From positions 10,230,001 through 10,294,000 of the forward strand of contig JAQFVV010000001.1 in assembly GCA_028023455.1 (NCBI GenBank): a DNA stretch of 64,000 nt. The letters are read 5' to 3'. Source of the stretch: Epiperipatus broadwayi. Lineage: Eukaryota > Animalia > Onychophora. Each line of letters begins with the position of its first letter. The stretch's first letter is position 1. The position numbers were made by a program, and so were the translations under genes. This document shows, one piece after another, positions 1-12,004 of this stretch. Under the pieces are notes generated by a model. The model saw only the letters and a program-made list of their open reading frames with translations, had not been told where the DNA came from and searched no databases.

Positions 1-3000
1 ACAAAATGTGGGGTGGCAAGTCGGCTAGACTGTTATCTGTAATCTGATAAAGCACCTCAAAATATTGGATCCACAGATATTCGGCCATTATGCTAACACC
101 GTGACACTTTATATTAGATCCCTCTTTTCAAAAAGCTCAAGCCTATAAATATCTGTATCTAATGCTATGGTCTAACTAAACATATCTCATGAATTAAATA
201 ACTTTTGATGTGTCTCTTAACGACTCTCTATATATAATTTAAAGAAATAATCCCACATATGTTCATCATGCAAATAAAGTAAATAAATCTTTATAAAAAA
301 TTATATTTTCTTATATATTAAAGTTATGATAGCTTGGCCGGATAGTTAACTGACAATTATGTAACCCATCCTGGGATCAGTCAAGGTTATGTTTTTGTTT
401 GTAATTCGGGTGAATCATTAAAATTGTACACTTTATAAATGTGCTAGATTAATTGAAATGTCATCAAAATTCTTCATAACTTATTTGTAAACACTTAATA
501 TAATGCTCAAGTGTGAGTAAACACAATATAATTTATTTGTAATATGAGGCTAATCACCATTTAATATAATTCAAATGTATATATTTTTTATTTCTATTTG
601 TTCATTATTAAATATAATTTTAAAAACTAAACATCTGATTATTGTTCATTCTTTAGTTAATTGATTTAGTTAAATTTTAAATGACATGATTTGTAGAATG
701 ATGTAAGATCCCACTAAAGTTAAGCATAAGTGTTTGTCTGTTTTAAAATGTATATATGCATTTATCATGATTTTCCCCTGAGTCTCTTTGTTTCTCCGAT
801 GTGCGATGTGGCTGGTGGTGAATTAAATATTCTAGTATCATCGGATTTGCTGCTCATAAGTAACTGAACCTGGAATCTGGGCATACAGGGCAGAGTTCAT
901 TATTGTTCCTGACATATGTATCTCACACATGATTAGACTCGAGGTACTTTTGCCTAGATGCCAGATCTTGTTATGTGGACAGACAATTTCGACCGGTACA
1001 CATGAAGTACTTCATTAAAAATGTTCTTGTTAGGTAGCTTTTGATAGTTCTCTTTGGTATATTTCTTTTATCTCGGTTATGTGTTTATTACATAATTAAA
1101 ATCAGCTCATTGGCATTTTTCAACAAATATAGTTAAAATTTCCTTTTGATTATGAAAATTCTCTTTAAAAATAACTTCTGTTTCTCCAAACTTTTTTTTA
1201 TTTTAAATTCATTTGCTAATATTGTTAAAAAACTGCTTTTTTGAAATTTTTTATTCAGTTTCCTTAAAATATCTATATTCTTGACTTCTCTTCATTTTTT
1301 TTTTTTTTACAATCACATTGTAACTTTTAACATGCTAGATTAATCTTTATTTACTATATTTCATTCACTTCCATTCTAAATTTCATATAATATACTATCA
1401 ATTACATCTTATCTATGACATTCTCACTAAATGCAATAAGTATATTGTATGATTATATCTACAATATTGGACAAATTTGTATTTCTATTTAAACCTCATC
1501 TCATACTGCACATTAATTAATTCATGATTCGTTTTACAATGAATAAAATTGATTTGATTCATATACTTCATTTAATGCTACCCATCATCATATTGTCAAA
1601 AATAAGTCATTCATTACATAATTAGGCTCACAGTAATCAACAAGAATTCCTTTTTCATTACTTCCAATTTATTGCAATTCAATAACAATAACGAAAAGTA
1701 TCTTTTCCCTGCAAATCTCTAACTGTATTTGATCAAAATTTAATTTATTTTTCATTGGCAAAATATGTTGGGGCAATACACATGGTTATTACAGATAAAT
1801 AAAGAATTAATGCAACTCATAAATAAATTCATAATTATACATAATAGAGATTAAACAAAAAAATTTCAATGATAATTAATGTAATTTTTTTTATTAATAA
1901 CTGCTTAAAAATTAAGCAATAAATTAACTAAATCACTCTGATAAAGAAACATTAATCTAAACAATATGAATAGCTTTCTTGGAGCAAAAAATAATGAACT
2001 AAAAACATGATATTTGAATAATAGAATAATCTTAACCAAAATAGCTTCAATAAAAATAAGGCAGGATCTCATGGTGATGATAATAATAATTTAATTTAAA
2101 TAACACAAATAATCTTGTGAAATCACACATGGAGCTTATCAAATATATACATGTTAAAATTTAAAAATATAAAATATTAAAACAATATAAAATAATTAAT
2201 TACAAATAAAATGTTTTTCATTATCATTAATTATAAGCCAATTTTCTAAATCTTTTTTCTTGATAAGTCATTGATATTAATTCCAATGTTCCTTATAAAT
2301 ATATTGTAAAATTTTGAGCCAAGATAACATTTTTGATACCTACAATGGGTTTTAAAATATATTACTTTAATTAACAAAGCAAAATTACATGTTCTGATTA
2401 CCATTATTGTTGAAGAATCATTTTTATTGTTTTTCTTGTTTTTAAAATAATAGCATAAAATATTTACTATAAATAGCTGATTTATAGCTAAAACTCCAGC
2501 ACATTTCTATAACTCAAATGTATTTAAATCCAAAGGTTTAAACAAAATAATCCTTAATGTAAAATGCTGAAGTATTTGCAAGGACTTCAAATAATATGCA
2601 GCAATACCACTCCATAATGTTATACCATAACATGATGTGCTTAAATATATTTGTTTGTATATATTTAACAGCAAGATTTAAGCAAACAATCTATTATTGT
2701 GTAAAAGAGAAAATTTAGATTTTTTAATTTCACTTGAAATAATATATTTGTCCCAATGCAGATATTCATCCAAAGTTAAACCAAGATAAGATACCATTGT
2801 AGTTCTGAGAATTTTTGATACGTGAATTGATCCAAAAAAAAGTATTTCAATTAACATATCTTTTTCTAGAATATTTTTCAGAGAATATATTATATATTTA
2901 CATTTATTAATATTTAACAATAATCTATTTTTATTCTTCCATTGTGTAATTTTTAACAAATCATCATTCACAAGTTTCTCAAGTAAACTATATGAAACTG

Positions 3001-3683
3001 CTGAAGTAACCAAGGCGGTATCATCTGCAAAACAAAAAATGTTAGGATGTAGAGAAAGATTATGCAAATCATTAATATAAATAGTAACAACAAAGCTTCA
3101 AGGACAGAATCTTGAAAAACTCAATATCTGATTATTTCAGAATTGCTCAAAATACTTTTAATTTTAACAAATTGGTTTCTATTGCCTAAATAAGAATTAA
3201 ACCATTCAAGATTACTACTCCTTACATCCGAATAATTAAATTAAATTAATAATAAATTATGAAAAACAGAGTCAAATGCTTTCCATTAATCCAAATAAAC
3301 ACCTATAATTTTGTAACCTTTCTCTAAAGATTCAGTAATAATTGAAATATATTCAGATAAGACTAATTCTGTAGATTTTGGCCTGTAATTTTCCAAACAT
3401 TCCTTTTCTCCATTTTTATAAATAGATATAACAACAAAAGATTTCAATCAATCTGGAAATATATACTCGAATGACAGTAAAATTAAATAAGAAAAATAAT
3501 AATGGTAATAGAATGGAAATATTTTCAATTAATATTTTTATAGAAATATTATCCAAACCTACACATTTCTTATGACTTATTTTATAAAGAGAATCTAAAA
3601 TTTCTTTTTGAAAACAAAAGAATTCATTGTAGATTTCTCACATTCAAAATCATGAGATCCATACTTATTTGTAAAATTATTCA

Positions 3684-5133
3684 GTATTCACATATTAGAT
3701 CTGCTATGCCTTTTCACATTCGTATCAATTGACACTCACATATTAGATCTGCAGTTTATTAGATCTGCTATATCTTTTCACATTTGTATCAATCCATGAA
3801 AACTTTCTAATCTTGTGATCTGATCAATAATGGGTACCCTGGAACTTGTATAAACTTAAAATGATAAATTTGTCAAAACAGACCATGTATACATGATATT
3901 TTCACAAGATTTACAAAGTTATCGGCAGTCTGAATACGTATGTGAAAAGGCGTAGCAGCTCTAATATGTGATACTAATTGCACCAGACTAAATCTGAAAA
4001 AGTACATTTTTAACAATACTAAAAATATAAATTTCATACAAAAAATATTAAATATGACATGGCATTATGCAATTCCCAAATGTTACTTTAAATATGAATA
4101 TTTAAGCCTGCCATGAAATAACAAAACAATCACTAAAGCAAAATTGGCAAAAATAAATAAATAAAACCAAAGTATTACTATGTTCATATCTAAAATATTA
4201 GCATGTCCAAATATTATATCTAAAATATTGTGTATATCTGGCATGAAATTACAAAATACTTAAAATGAAAACATAATTACTGTGTAATATGATGAAACAA
4301 TTATTTGTCTGTTCTACTTTATTTTAAGTGAATGGAGACTTAAAATTTTTTTTTTTAAAAAATGGAGACTTACTTAACTACATGATTCCCATAAAAATGA
4401 TTGATAACTGGCAACTTGTAATTCAGCAGTTTTATAGGCTTTCCAACAGTCTGAATAAATTGTCAATTCCTCTTTCATCTTTGGTTTGATGGATTCCATC
4501 AGAATTGCCACTGTTCTATCATGAATTCTCATGATGAAATATTCATCAGTCTTCCTGCACAAGCTATCAAACATCCATTATTCCAAAAGAATTGGTCTGA
4601 TTTGTTTTTTTCTTTTTGTGCAAAAGGCTTTCAATCAATTTCACCAATTTTATTAGGGCCTCCAATTTTACGTTTTTCTCTAAAAAACCAAGCTCTGTTT
4701 TCCCCCATTCTATGGATGTTAATTTGGGAGCTCAGCTGTAAATAAATTGGGTCACCAAAAAAAAAATGGAATTCTGCAACTCTCCAACCATGTTCCTTTA
4801 CAAAGGCCTTTTTTATTATTAAATCCTCGAATGTCATAATGTCATTGCATGTCTGAAGTGTGGATGTACTTGACTGCATTGATCTCAGTAGTGGGTAAAC
4901 TGTAAATGTTCATCATTAAAATGAAAAAATAAATCAGTACTAAAGTAAAAAACACTTTCAGAAGAACTTGTCTGAACGAAATCTGGACAATAAATAAAAG
5001 TGTAAATTTGGTATTGGACAAGATCAGATGAGATCGCAGAGTTTATGTGACAGGATCGCAAGGTTAGACATTTATCATGAATGTGAAAAGGTGCAGCATG
5101 TCTCCTGTGTTGCAAGTCTAATATGTAAGTACC
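3684..5133 (-). mobile_element. Merlin (IS1595/ISXO2-like DDE) DNA transposon, decayed
   Basis: Transposase fragments KIGGPNKIGEID (ORF 4631-4879) and TIYSDCWKAY (ORF 4374-4574). Terminal inverted repeats gtattcacatattagatctgc (3684) and the reverse complement of ggtacttacatattag (ends 5133). Direct repeat aattattc(a) at 3675-3683 and 5134-5142 is an 8-9 bp TSD. About 1.45 kb. Confidence 0.85.
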
Positions 5134-5536
5134 AATTATTCATTAATAATTCCACACTATGTAGAAAATGGTGATTGAAATGATCAGCTATTAGTTTTGA
5201 ATTATTTAAAACATTTATAGATACTTCATTAATTTTTATTTTAAAAAATTGTGAAAATCTTTCCATAAAAATATATTTTTTTAACAACAGTTCAAAAGTT
5301 ATTTAACTGAGTTGATTTTAAAGAATTAATTTAAGTAGAATAGAAAAATACTTTGGCTTTTTTAAATTCTTTGTTGGAAGAGAACTGTTTCAAAATTTTA
5401 TGCAATTTGTTCTTTCTGTTAATTTTTGATATTAATACATTTGTAATCTAATCATTTCTTTTCAAATTTTTATTTTTTTATATGTTTTACAAAAGAACTG
5501 ATGTTCTATAAAATCTTTTTTTTCTTATATGTCAAA

Positions 5537-5608
5537 TGCGTTGACCAGTAAACAAACCTGGACCAGTTGCTGGGAAGGCAGCTTTGCTAACCACTAGGCC
5601 ACCCATGC
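5537..5608 (-). pseudogene. tRNA-Gly(TCC) pseudogene or tRNA-derived retrocopy
   Basis: 72 nt GCATGGGTGGCCTAGTGGTTAGCAAAGCTGCCTTCCCAGCAACTGGTCCAGGTTTGTTTACTGGTCAACGCA aligns without gaps to the recalled canonical tRNA-Gly-TCC. A-box and TCC anticodon are kept; the B-box is broken, largely by CpG deamination. Confidence 0.8.
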
Positions 5609-5961
5609 TTGACTATCTTTAATCGTATTAACAAGGAATGAAAAAGCACAATTTACATTACTCATCTCAAAGTTCAGATTCCAGTCATATTTGGCAATTA
5701 AGTATTGCAAACATTCATAAGATAAAAATCTAAAACATTTTTTTCTAGGAGAAAATTTCTTTTTAAAATTAACAATGATTCCTCCATGGTCTGTAAAACA
5801 TCAATTCAAAAATGATGTTTTAAAAAATATTTTCAGTATATCTACCAAGGATATGGTCAATAAGTGAAGATGATAAAGAAGGTGTAGGATAAAATAAACA
5901 TTGAATAAATCCAAAAAAATGTCATTAAATTTAAATAACGGTGAGCAACAGAAGTAATTTC

Positions 5962-6439
5962 ACCACTGGTGGTGTGCAAAGTACGCTGTTATTAAACAGT
6001 GAAGGTTCTTTGCTGGCTTATTCAGGATATGGTGATAAAGATGCAAGAGTACCGGCAGCAATTGCTAGTAATATTTTGTGTGCTTATGAGAAAACAGGCC
6101 ATACTGCATTAAATGAAGTTCTACAGTTTATCCTATTAGAAGCTAATGAAGACAGACTGGCCATCACTAAAGTAGCAATATGTATGTATTCAAAGAATAC
6201 CATCAGCTTTGAAATGCTTAAAGCAAAGGCTAAAGCCCTTGCTGAATATTTGGCAGGAAATTTGACCCAAGTTGCAGCATCCTAGCGAATCTCAAATTTG
6301 TGTAAAGAATTGGATGAATGTTCACTTTGAAAAACAAATTGGAAACGGAAATGAATGAACAAGTTAATTCATAATTAAGGTTTGTAAAGGAACTTATTAT
6401 TTTTCTAATATTTGAATAAAACTTATTCTAGAAAAAAAA
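5962..6439 (+). pseudogene. LAMTOR2: LAMTOR2 (Ragulator p14, Roadblock/LC7) processed retrocopy, 5'-truncated
   Basis: TGGVQSTLLLNSEGSLLAYSGYGDKDARV...MLKAKAKALAEYL..LTQVAAS* is unmistakably LAMTOR2. It has no introns and lacks the MLRPKALTQVL start. The 3' UTR has AATAAA at 6415-6420 and an A-run at 6432-6439. It sits inside the LINE endonuclease. Confidence 0.9.
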
Positions 6440-7599
6440 TCTATGTTTAAGTCACCAATAATAATAATGTATTTATAACTTAATAAGTAAATCATAAAGT
6501 TCATCATTAAAAATGTTAACAGAATATTGATATAATCTATATAAAATAACAAGTGTTAATTTGTCAGAACCTAAAACAAAGTTTAAAACAAATATATTCA
6601 GAAGAAAATCAAAATATACATCAATAAAAGTCACAAAAAGATCTGATTTATAATAAACTAAAACTCCACTTGATCTGTTATTTGTTTTACATTCAATAAG
6701 TGATGTATATCCTTCTATTTCATACAGTTCTTTTTTATACTCTTTAATCCAGATCTCAGACAAAATTATTATACAAATGAATAATCAAGTGAATGTAAAT
6801 TAACTAACAACTCATCAAAGTATTTGCTTACACTATGTATTTTTATATATAAAATCTTAAAATTTTCAACAGCTAATTAATTTATTTTCTACTGTTACAA
6901 TTTTTTTAAAAGATAATTCATGTTATAAATTAGACAAATCAGATTCAGAACTAATCCTAATAACCCAATCTCATGTATGTTTCCACAACTAAATTTTACC
7001 CATCTTTAATCCAAACAAATCTATGGCTATTTTCTTTAGCCACTATATGTGCTTTCCAAAATAATTTCCTATTTTCAGACAATAAATCTTCATTTAAATG
7101 TATATGCTTAACAGATGTAGCATTATAGCATTAATCAAATATCAGATAAATATAATTTAATTCTTTGACTTCCTGACAAGAATAAATCTCTTATCATTTC
7201 ATGAACATTACTTTTTATTACAAGCATAAATCTATCCCCCTATTTTAATCTTATTATATAGTTTTAATATTATTTTTATTAAGGTCTGATAATTTTATTT
7301 TTTTGGCTATATTTTCTACAATATTAAATAAAGTTTCATTTTCAGTATATTCCCTATCAACAATTTCAATATTATTTTCTGATCTTACTGCTTTAAATAA
7401 AAAATTTATTTTTCAAATTACATAACAAAGAATCTTCTGTTTTTACTTTTTCTTATATTTCATTAAATTCTCTAATCAATTTGTGTATATTATTTTAAAC
7501 TAATTCAAGTTTCAAAATAAATTTAGTAAAAGACTGAAATAAGGAATCAATATTAATAAGTTTTATTACTCATACATTAGCCTAGAGATTATGCATTTA

Positions 7600-10500
7600 T
7601 AATAAAACCTCAAGAGATATCATGGAGACAATTTTTCCATGTTTACTACCTATACCAGGCATTTCTCCCCCCAACACTTCTAATGAAACAAAAGCAAAGC
7701 TTGGATGCCCTCCCCCCCATGGTAATTTAACCAAAAACAGATATGGTTGACCTGCTGATGCTGGACATGGATTCTGTAGAAACCAATCTTACCCTCATGC
7801 AAACTGGATGCCCCTTATCTGGCTCCAAATATCAATCTATCCTTACCTCCCATCAACAAAAACAAAAACCCTCAACAGCTGGACTGGAAACATTGTTAGC
7901 TACTGATCAATCACCTTTATAAATTCATAATTGTATAAGCATACCTTCATGAAAACATCAGTTTACATCCATCCTGACTGATTAGAATTAATTACCTTAA
8001 AATCCCCTGATAAATGAAACTAAAAATTGCCGTATAAACACAGTGTCTAAACTTTTTCAATTAGAAAAGTGGATAAGCAATATACAACCTCACATGCTTG
8101 AGATGAAAATATACAATGGATCCCATATTAACCCTCCTACTTACTTCAATGGACAAGGCTTTTGTGCCTGCTACAGCGACACATTTTCTCCCAGTTGAAA
8201 CTGGTATTGTTATCACTCACAGCTGCTGATTCTCAACATTTAAGATTATTTACTTAGATGCAAATCTCTTAATTACCACATTTCTCAGCCACATTACAAC
8301 ACTAAATATTATATAGTATATATCCCTTATGATCCTACTGTTATTTCAACCATTATTCTGACAATTAATTCTTTGCTAGCCTCTTCACCCCATCCAACTG
8401 TTTTAATGGGGGATTTTAATCTTGATTATCAATTATATCAAAAAGGCTTCATTTAATAAACTTTCCACTTATGAGTGGTTAAGGCTATTTGCTTTCCAAT
8501 TCTCTCACTATTCCATAATAAACGGTGTGCCTCACTCATCAATCTTTGCTTTTACTCACCAATTCTACATTATTTAATTCAACTTGACCTTAATCCTACT
8601 CCTTTCTTTGAACACTCTGAACAATCTCTCATCTTGAATCTATTCATTTGCATAAAACCATTCATCCGTCTACTCTCAAATATTGTATTGTGGAAATGGG
8701 AACAAACAGAACTTGATCCAGTCCAAAGTTACCTCACTGGCACACATATAATATCATTCAATATCCAAAATCTCACTCACAGATCACCTCCACATTTCCA
8801 ACTTCTGACATGGGTCAATGAGTTGTACACAGATTACAATAATGTGAAGACTGCATATCATATTCACCAGTAGTTACAAGTATTTTTGCAGGCTTATCAA
8901 AAACCACCAACCGACTTAAAGAATATCTTGCCATTAAGAAAAAAAATTTTCTCTTACTCATCAGCACATATGGACCAGGAGATATATCCACTGGCCCTGG
9001 GCCATCTATCCATATTAAAAGTTTGTATGGCACTCCAAGTTGATGGTAATATGTGTGCAGGCTATAATATGATTAATCCTATATACCAATATTTCAAGCA
9101 GAGAGTTACAAGTCCATAATGCATCACACCACATTTAGACTTATTTGGATCACCTGATATCAATATCTCATTCCAAACCACCTAATTTGCTGCCAAGCTT
9201 GCCATCATAAATAACTTTTGTCATCCAAGTTACAGTAGAATCCCTGATATTGTTTTTGCCCATCTTAGGTACTTTACTGAATTATACCTGTGACCTAGCA
9301 AATTATTTATCCTTAAAGGATATATGACATCAAAGATCTATATCCACTCTCAGTTGTACCATTTACCAAAAAAACCAGGCTTAACCTCTACCCTTACAAA
9401 CCTTCATCCAATGTCCATGGAGGCCACTGGAAATTAAGATATTGGAAAAAGTTGTCAAGAGTCATCTAGAACCTCTAATTCCCATTATGCAATTTGCAAA
9501 AAAAATTCTTCTGCTATACAGGCTGCTCTGATGCTTAAAGAAGTCTTGAACCATAAAAAAATGCTCTGATTGCAGTTCAGCTAGATATAGAGTCCACATT
9601 TGACTCTGTCTCTATTCTCATTCTGAATGATATGCTAGTTAACACTATCATCCAAGTATTCTGCTTTACTTAATTACCTTCTTATTGCAAAGCAGAGACA
9701 TACATATCACTCTCAAGGGGAAAAGTTCACCATCATTCAATCCTATGCAATCTATCTCCCAAGGCTCATCTCTTAGTGCACTGTTCTTCATTTTCTAGAT
9801 AAATCCCCTATTAAAGTATATATATATAGAACATAGTTTCAGGCATCTAAATTATACATAAGCACCAATACTTCTTCATTTTCTAGATAAATACCCTATT
9901 AAAGTATATACAATAGACATTTTCAGGCATGCAAATAATACATACTCACCAATACTTCACATGCAAAGTATACATGTATGGTGACATGCAAAGTATACAT
10001 GTATGATGTCACCATCTTCCTGCCATCTTGCAAGCATCTCCCCATATTGCAAAGTGTCCTTGTATTGCCATGTATAAACTTAGATTTAACATGAGTAAAA
10101 CAGCAGCATAGTTTATATGCACCAACAAACCATACATTCAAATATTCCAGGGAAAGGCAACCCCTTTTTTAGGCTTACCATTTTACATGGGTTCACTTAC
10201 GATGAACACCTTACAAAAAAAGCTTAAAGAAAACGCCACATGGATTACCAACTCCCATTCCAAAGCTTATATCTCCCATTATGCTAAAATTCGCCTATTT
10301 AATATTCTCATAATGACTAATCCTTCCCTGAAGATTTGTGATGATGGTGTTTTAGTCATATATGTTGTACTATTTCCATCATCTAATATAAGTATTGAAT
10401 GTCTTTAGAAAAATTTAACCTTATCTAAATATTCCAAATACATTCAACTGTGTGCTATTACTGACAGTTGAATGTATTTGGAATATTTAAATAAAATTGT

Positions 10501-10860
10501 TGTAAACATTCAATACTAATATTACATGATGGAAATAGTCCAACATATAATTACAATCATAATGATTAAGATTATTTGTCTATTGTTGAATTTTCAAAAT
10601 TGTTTAATTCTGCCATCCCCTCCCTCTGCACCAAGCTACTGTGGGGCAGGAAGATAATTTCAATCTCAGCTAAGAGACTTAGTTATCCACCCATTAATAA
10701 TGGTCTAAGCATCTACAGTACTGAAGCAGTCAGATCTGAGTTCGATCCTAGCTTCATGACATCTGGCCATAAGCCCACTTCAAACCCTAGTACTAACCTT
10801 AAATTTCCGATGCAGTGGGATTTTATACGTTCAATCCACACTAATTTCCATAAAGAATAA
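7600..10860 (+). mobile_element. Decayed L1/Tx1-like LINE (EN-RT)
   Basis: EN PTVLMGDFNLDY (~8400) and SLINLCF (~8540); RT LDIESTFDSV (~9580), ISQGSSLSALFF (~9760), VYMYDVTIF (~10000); post-RT LLWGRKIISISAKRL..GL (ORF 10576-10860), typical of L1/Tx1. Confidence 0.7.
10358..10550. mobile_element. MITE/foldback family A, copy 1
   Basis: Near-palindrome tatgttgtactatttccatc...tattccaaatacattcaactgt / acagttgaatgtatttggaata...gatggaaatagtccaacata. The same sequence recurs at 49250 and 59315. Confidence 0.8.
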
Positions 10861-11056
10861 CTTATTTCATAAATGTGTATTAAAATTAATTAGTTTCAGA
10901 TTTAAATTGATCAATTCAATTCTATTAATAAATTCATGATAGAATTATTCATGAATTTATATATTATTGTGCGTATATATTTGTAAATATTTAAATATAT
11001 ATAATTGTGTAAAAGTTTCATTGCGTTGGGAATGTTTGATTTTATTTTAAATAATT

Positions 11057-11268
11057 TGTTAAAGTTTTATTGATTAAAAGCTACATTCTTTCGATAAGCT
11101 TTCATATTTTCCCTTTCCAAAAACAACAGTTAAAGTTTTATTAATTAGAAAAAACATAAGGATTTCCTAATTAAAATCATTTTCTGATTTTAAGAATTCA
11201 TTTTCTAATTATGAGTTTGAAAGCCTTATCGAAGGAATGTATCTAAAAACAACCAGTAAACATTAATA
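11057..11268. repeat. Degenerate inverted repeat (MITE-like foldback)
   Basis: ctacattctttcgataagctttca (~11081-11104) pairs with tgaaagccttatcgaaggaatgtat (~11218-11242); arms extend to roughly 50 bp with mismatches. Confidence 0.55.
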
Positions 11269-11865
11269 ATGAAAGAAGCGCTAGCCTGAAGGCATCAGAG
11301 GACAGTCTATATAGCTCTGAAAAGTTTGAAAAAAAAAAAGCCATCTTTGTTGTAGAGAAGTACAGTAAACTCTGTGCGTCTTAAATAGTGTTTCGATCAT
11401 GGTAAGGGGCTAAATGTCAGGAATCTGGCTATCAGTTTCTGAAGTCCCCTGAAAATCTTCAATAGAGCTGCTGAATCTTTTCCGAACCTATCATGCTGCT
11501 AAAATTTATGAAAAGCCACTAAAATGCTGTTCAAGTAATCGACTAAATGCATGCCTACATTTTTACCAACCCAGACGTGTAAACTAAGAACCAGCCTCAG
11601 AAGAAATGGATAATATGTTTCCATAATGAACCTTAAACGTTCTGGCCAGTTTCAAACTTTACTTTACACTCCCTTTTAGAGCTCTTTTATTCTTTAATGT
11701 AATAATCTTTATAAAACCTTTTATTCATGCTACTGTAAATTTATATCGTAATTCTCTCAACTTCTAGTCTTTAAATTTAACTTTCCTTCCTCACGATGGC
11801 GGTTCATTTATTTTATTATATATATTTATTAAGTATTTTATTAATGTTATTTGTAATTATATGCC

Positions 11866-12004
11866 AATAATCCTTCAACTCGATGATCTCCTTCATTTCC
11901 TTTGCCTTATACAAGTAATATAAGATTAATTCTGATAGTTAATTCTCGCCCATGAGAACTAGACTTATACAGTTCGATCAATCATCGAGTTGAAAGAAAT
12001 TATT
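11866..12004. repeat. Inverted repeat of about 22 bp arms with about 95 bp spacer
   Basis: aataatccttcaactcgatgat versus atcatcgagttgaaagaaattatt. Confidence 0.55.

Larger units (their letters stand above)
2200..7560 (-). mobile_element. Decayed near-full-length CR1/L2/Jockey-group LINE (ORF1 remnant, APE endonuclease, RT) interrupted by three insertions
   Basis: Motifs occur in the expected order on the minus strand: ORF1 C-terminus NRKLFWKAH..HRFVWIKDG (~7000-7070); EN ILSEIW (~6765), IIIIGDLNID (~6450), SSLIDHIL and FTDH (~5790-5890); linker LIADHFNHHF (~5170); RT KCVGLDNIS (~3560), KAFDSV (~3280), FADD (~3025), YLGL..D (~2780); C-terminal YLGSKFYN (~2315). Many stops and frameshifts. Confidence 0.85.

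Noticed and set aside
560-612. cag|ATGTTTAGTTTTT (CLVFKI) as the next PDE2 exon (expected CSVFLLD)
   Set aside because: Weak acceptor, no ELVAKVFDG-like continuation, and an early stop.
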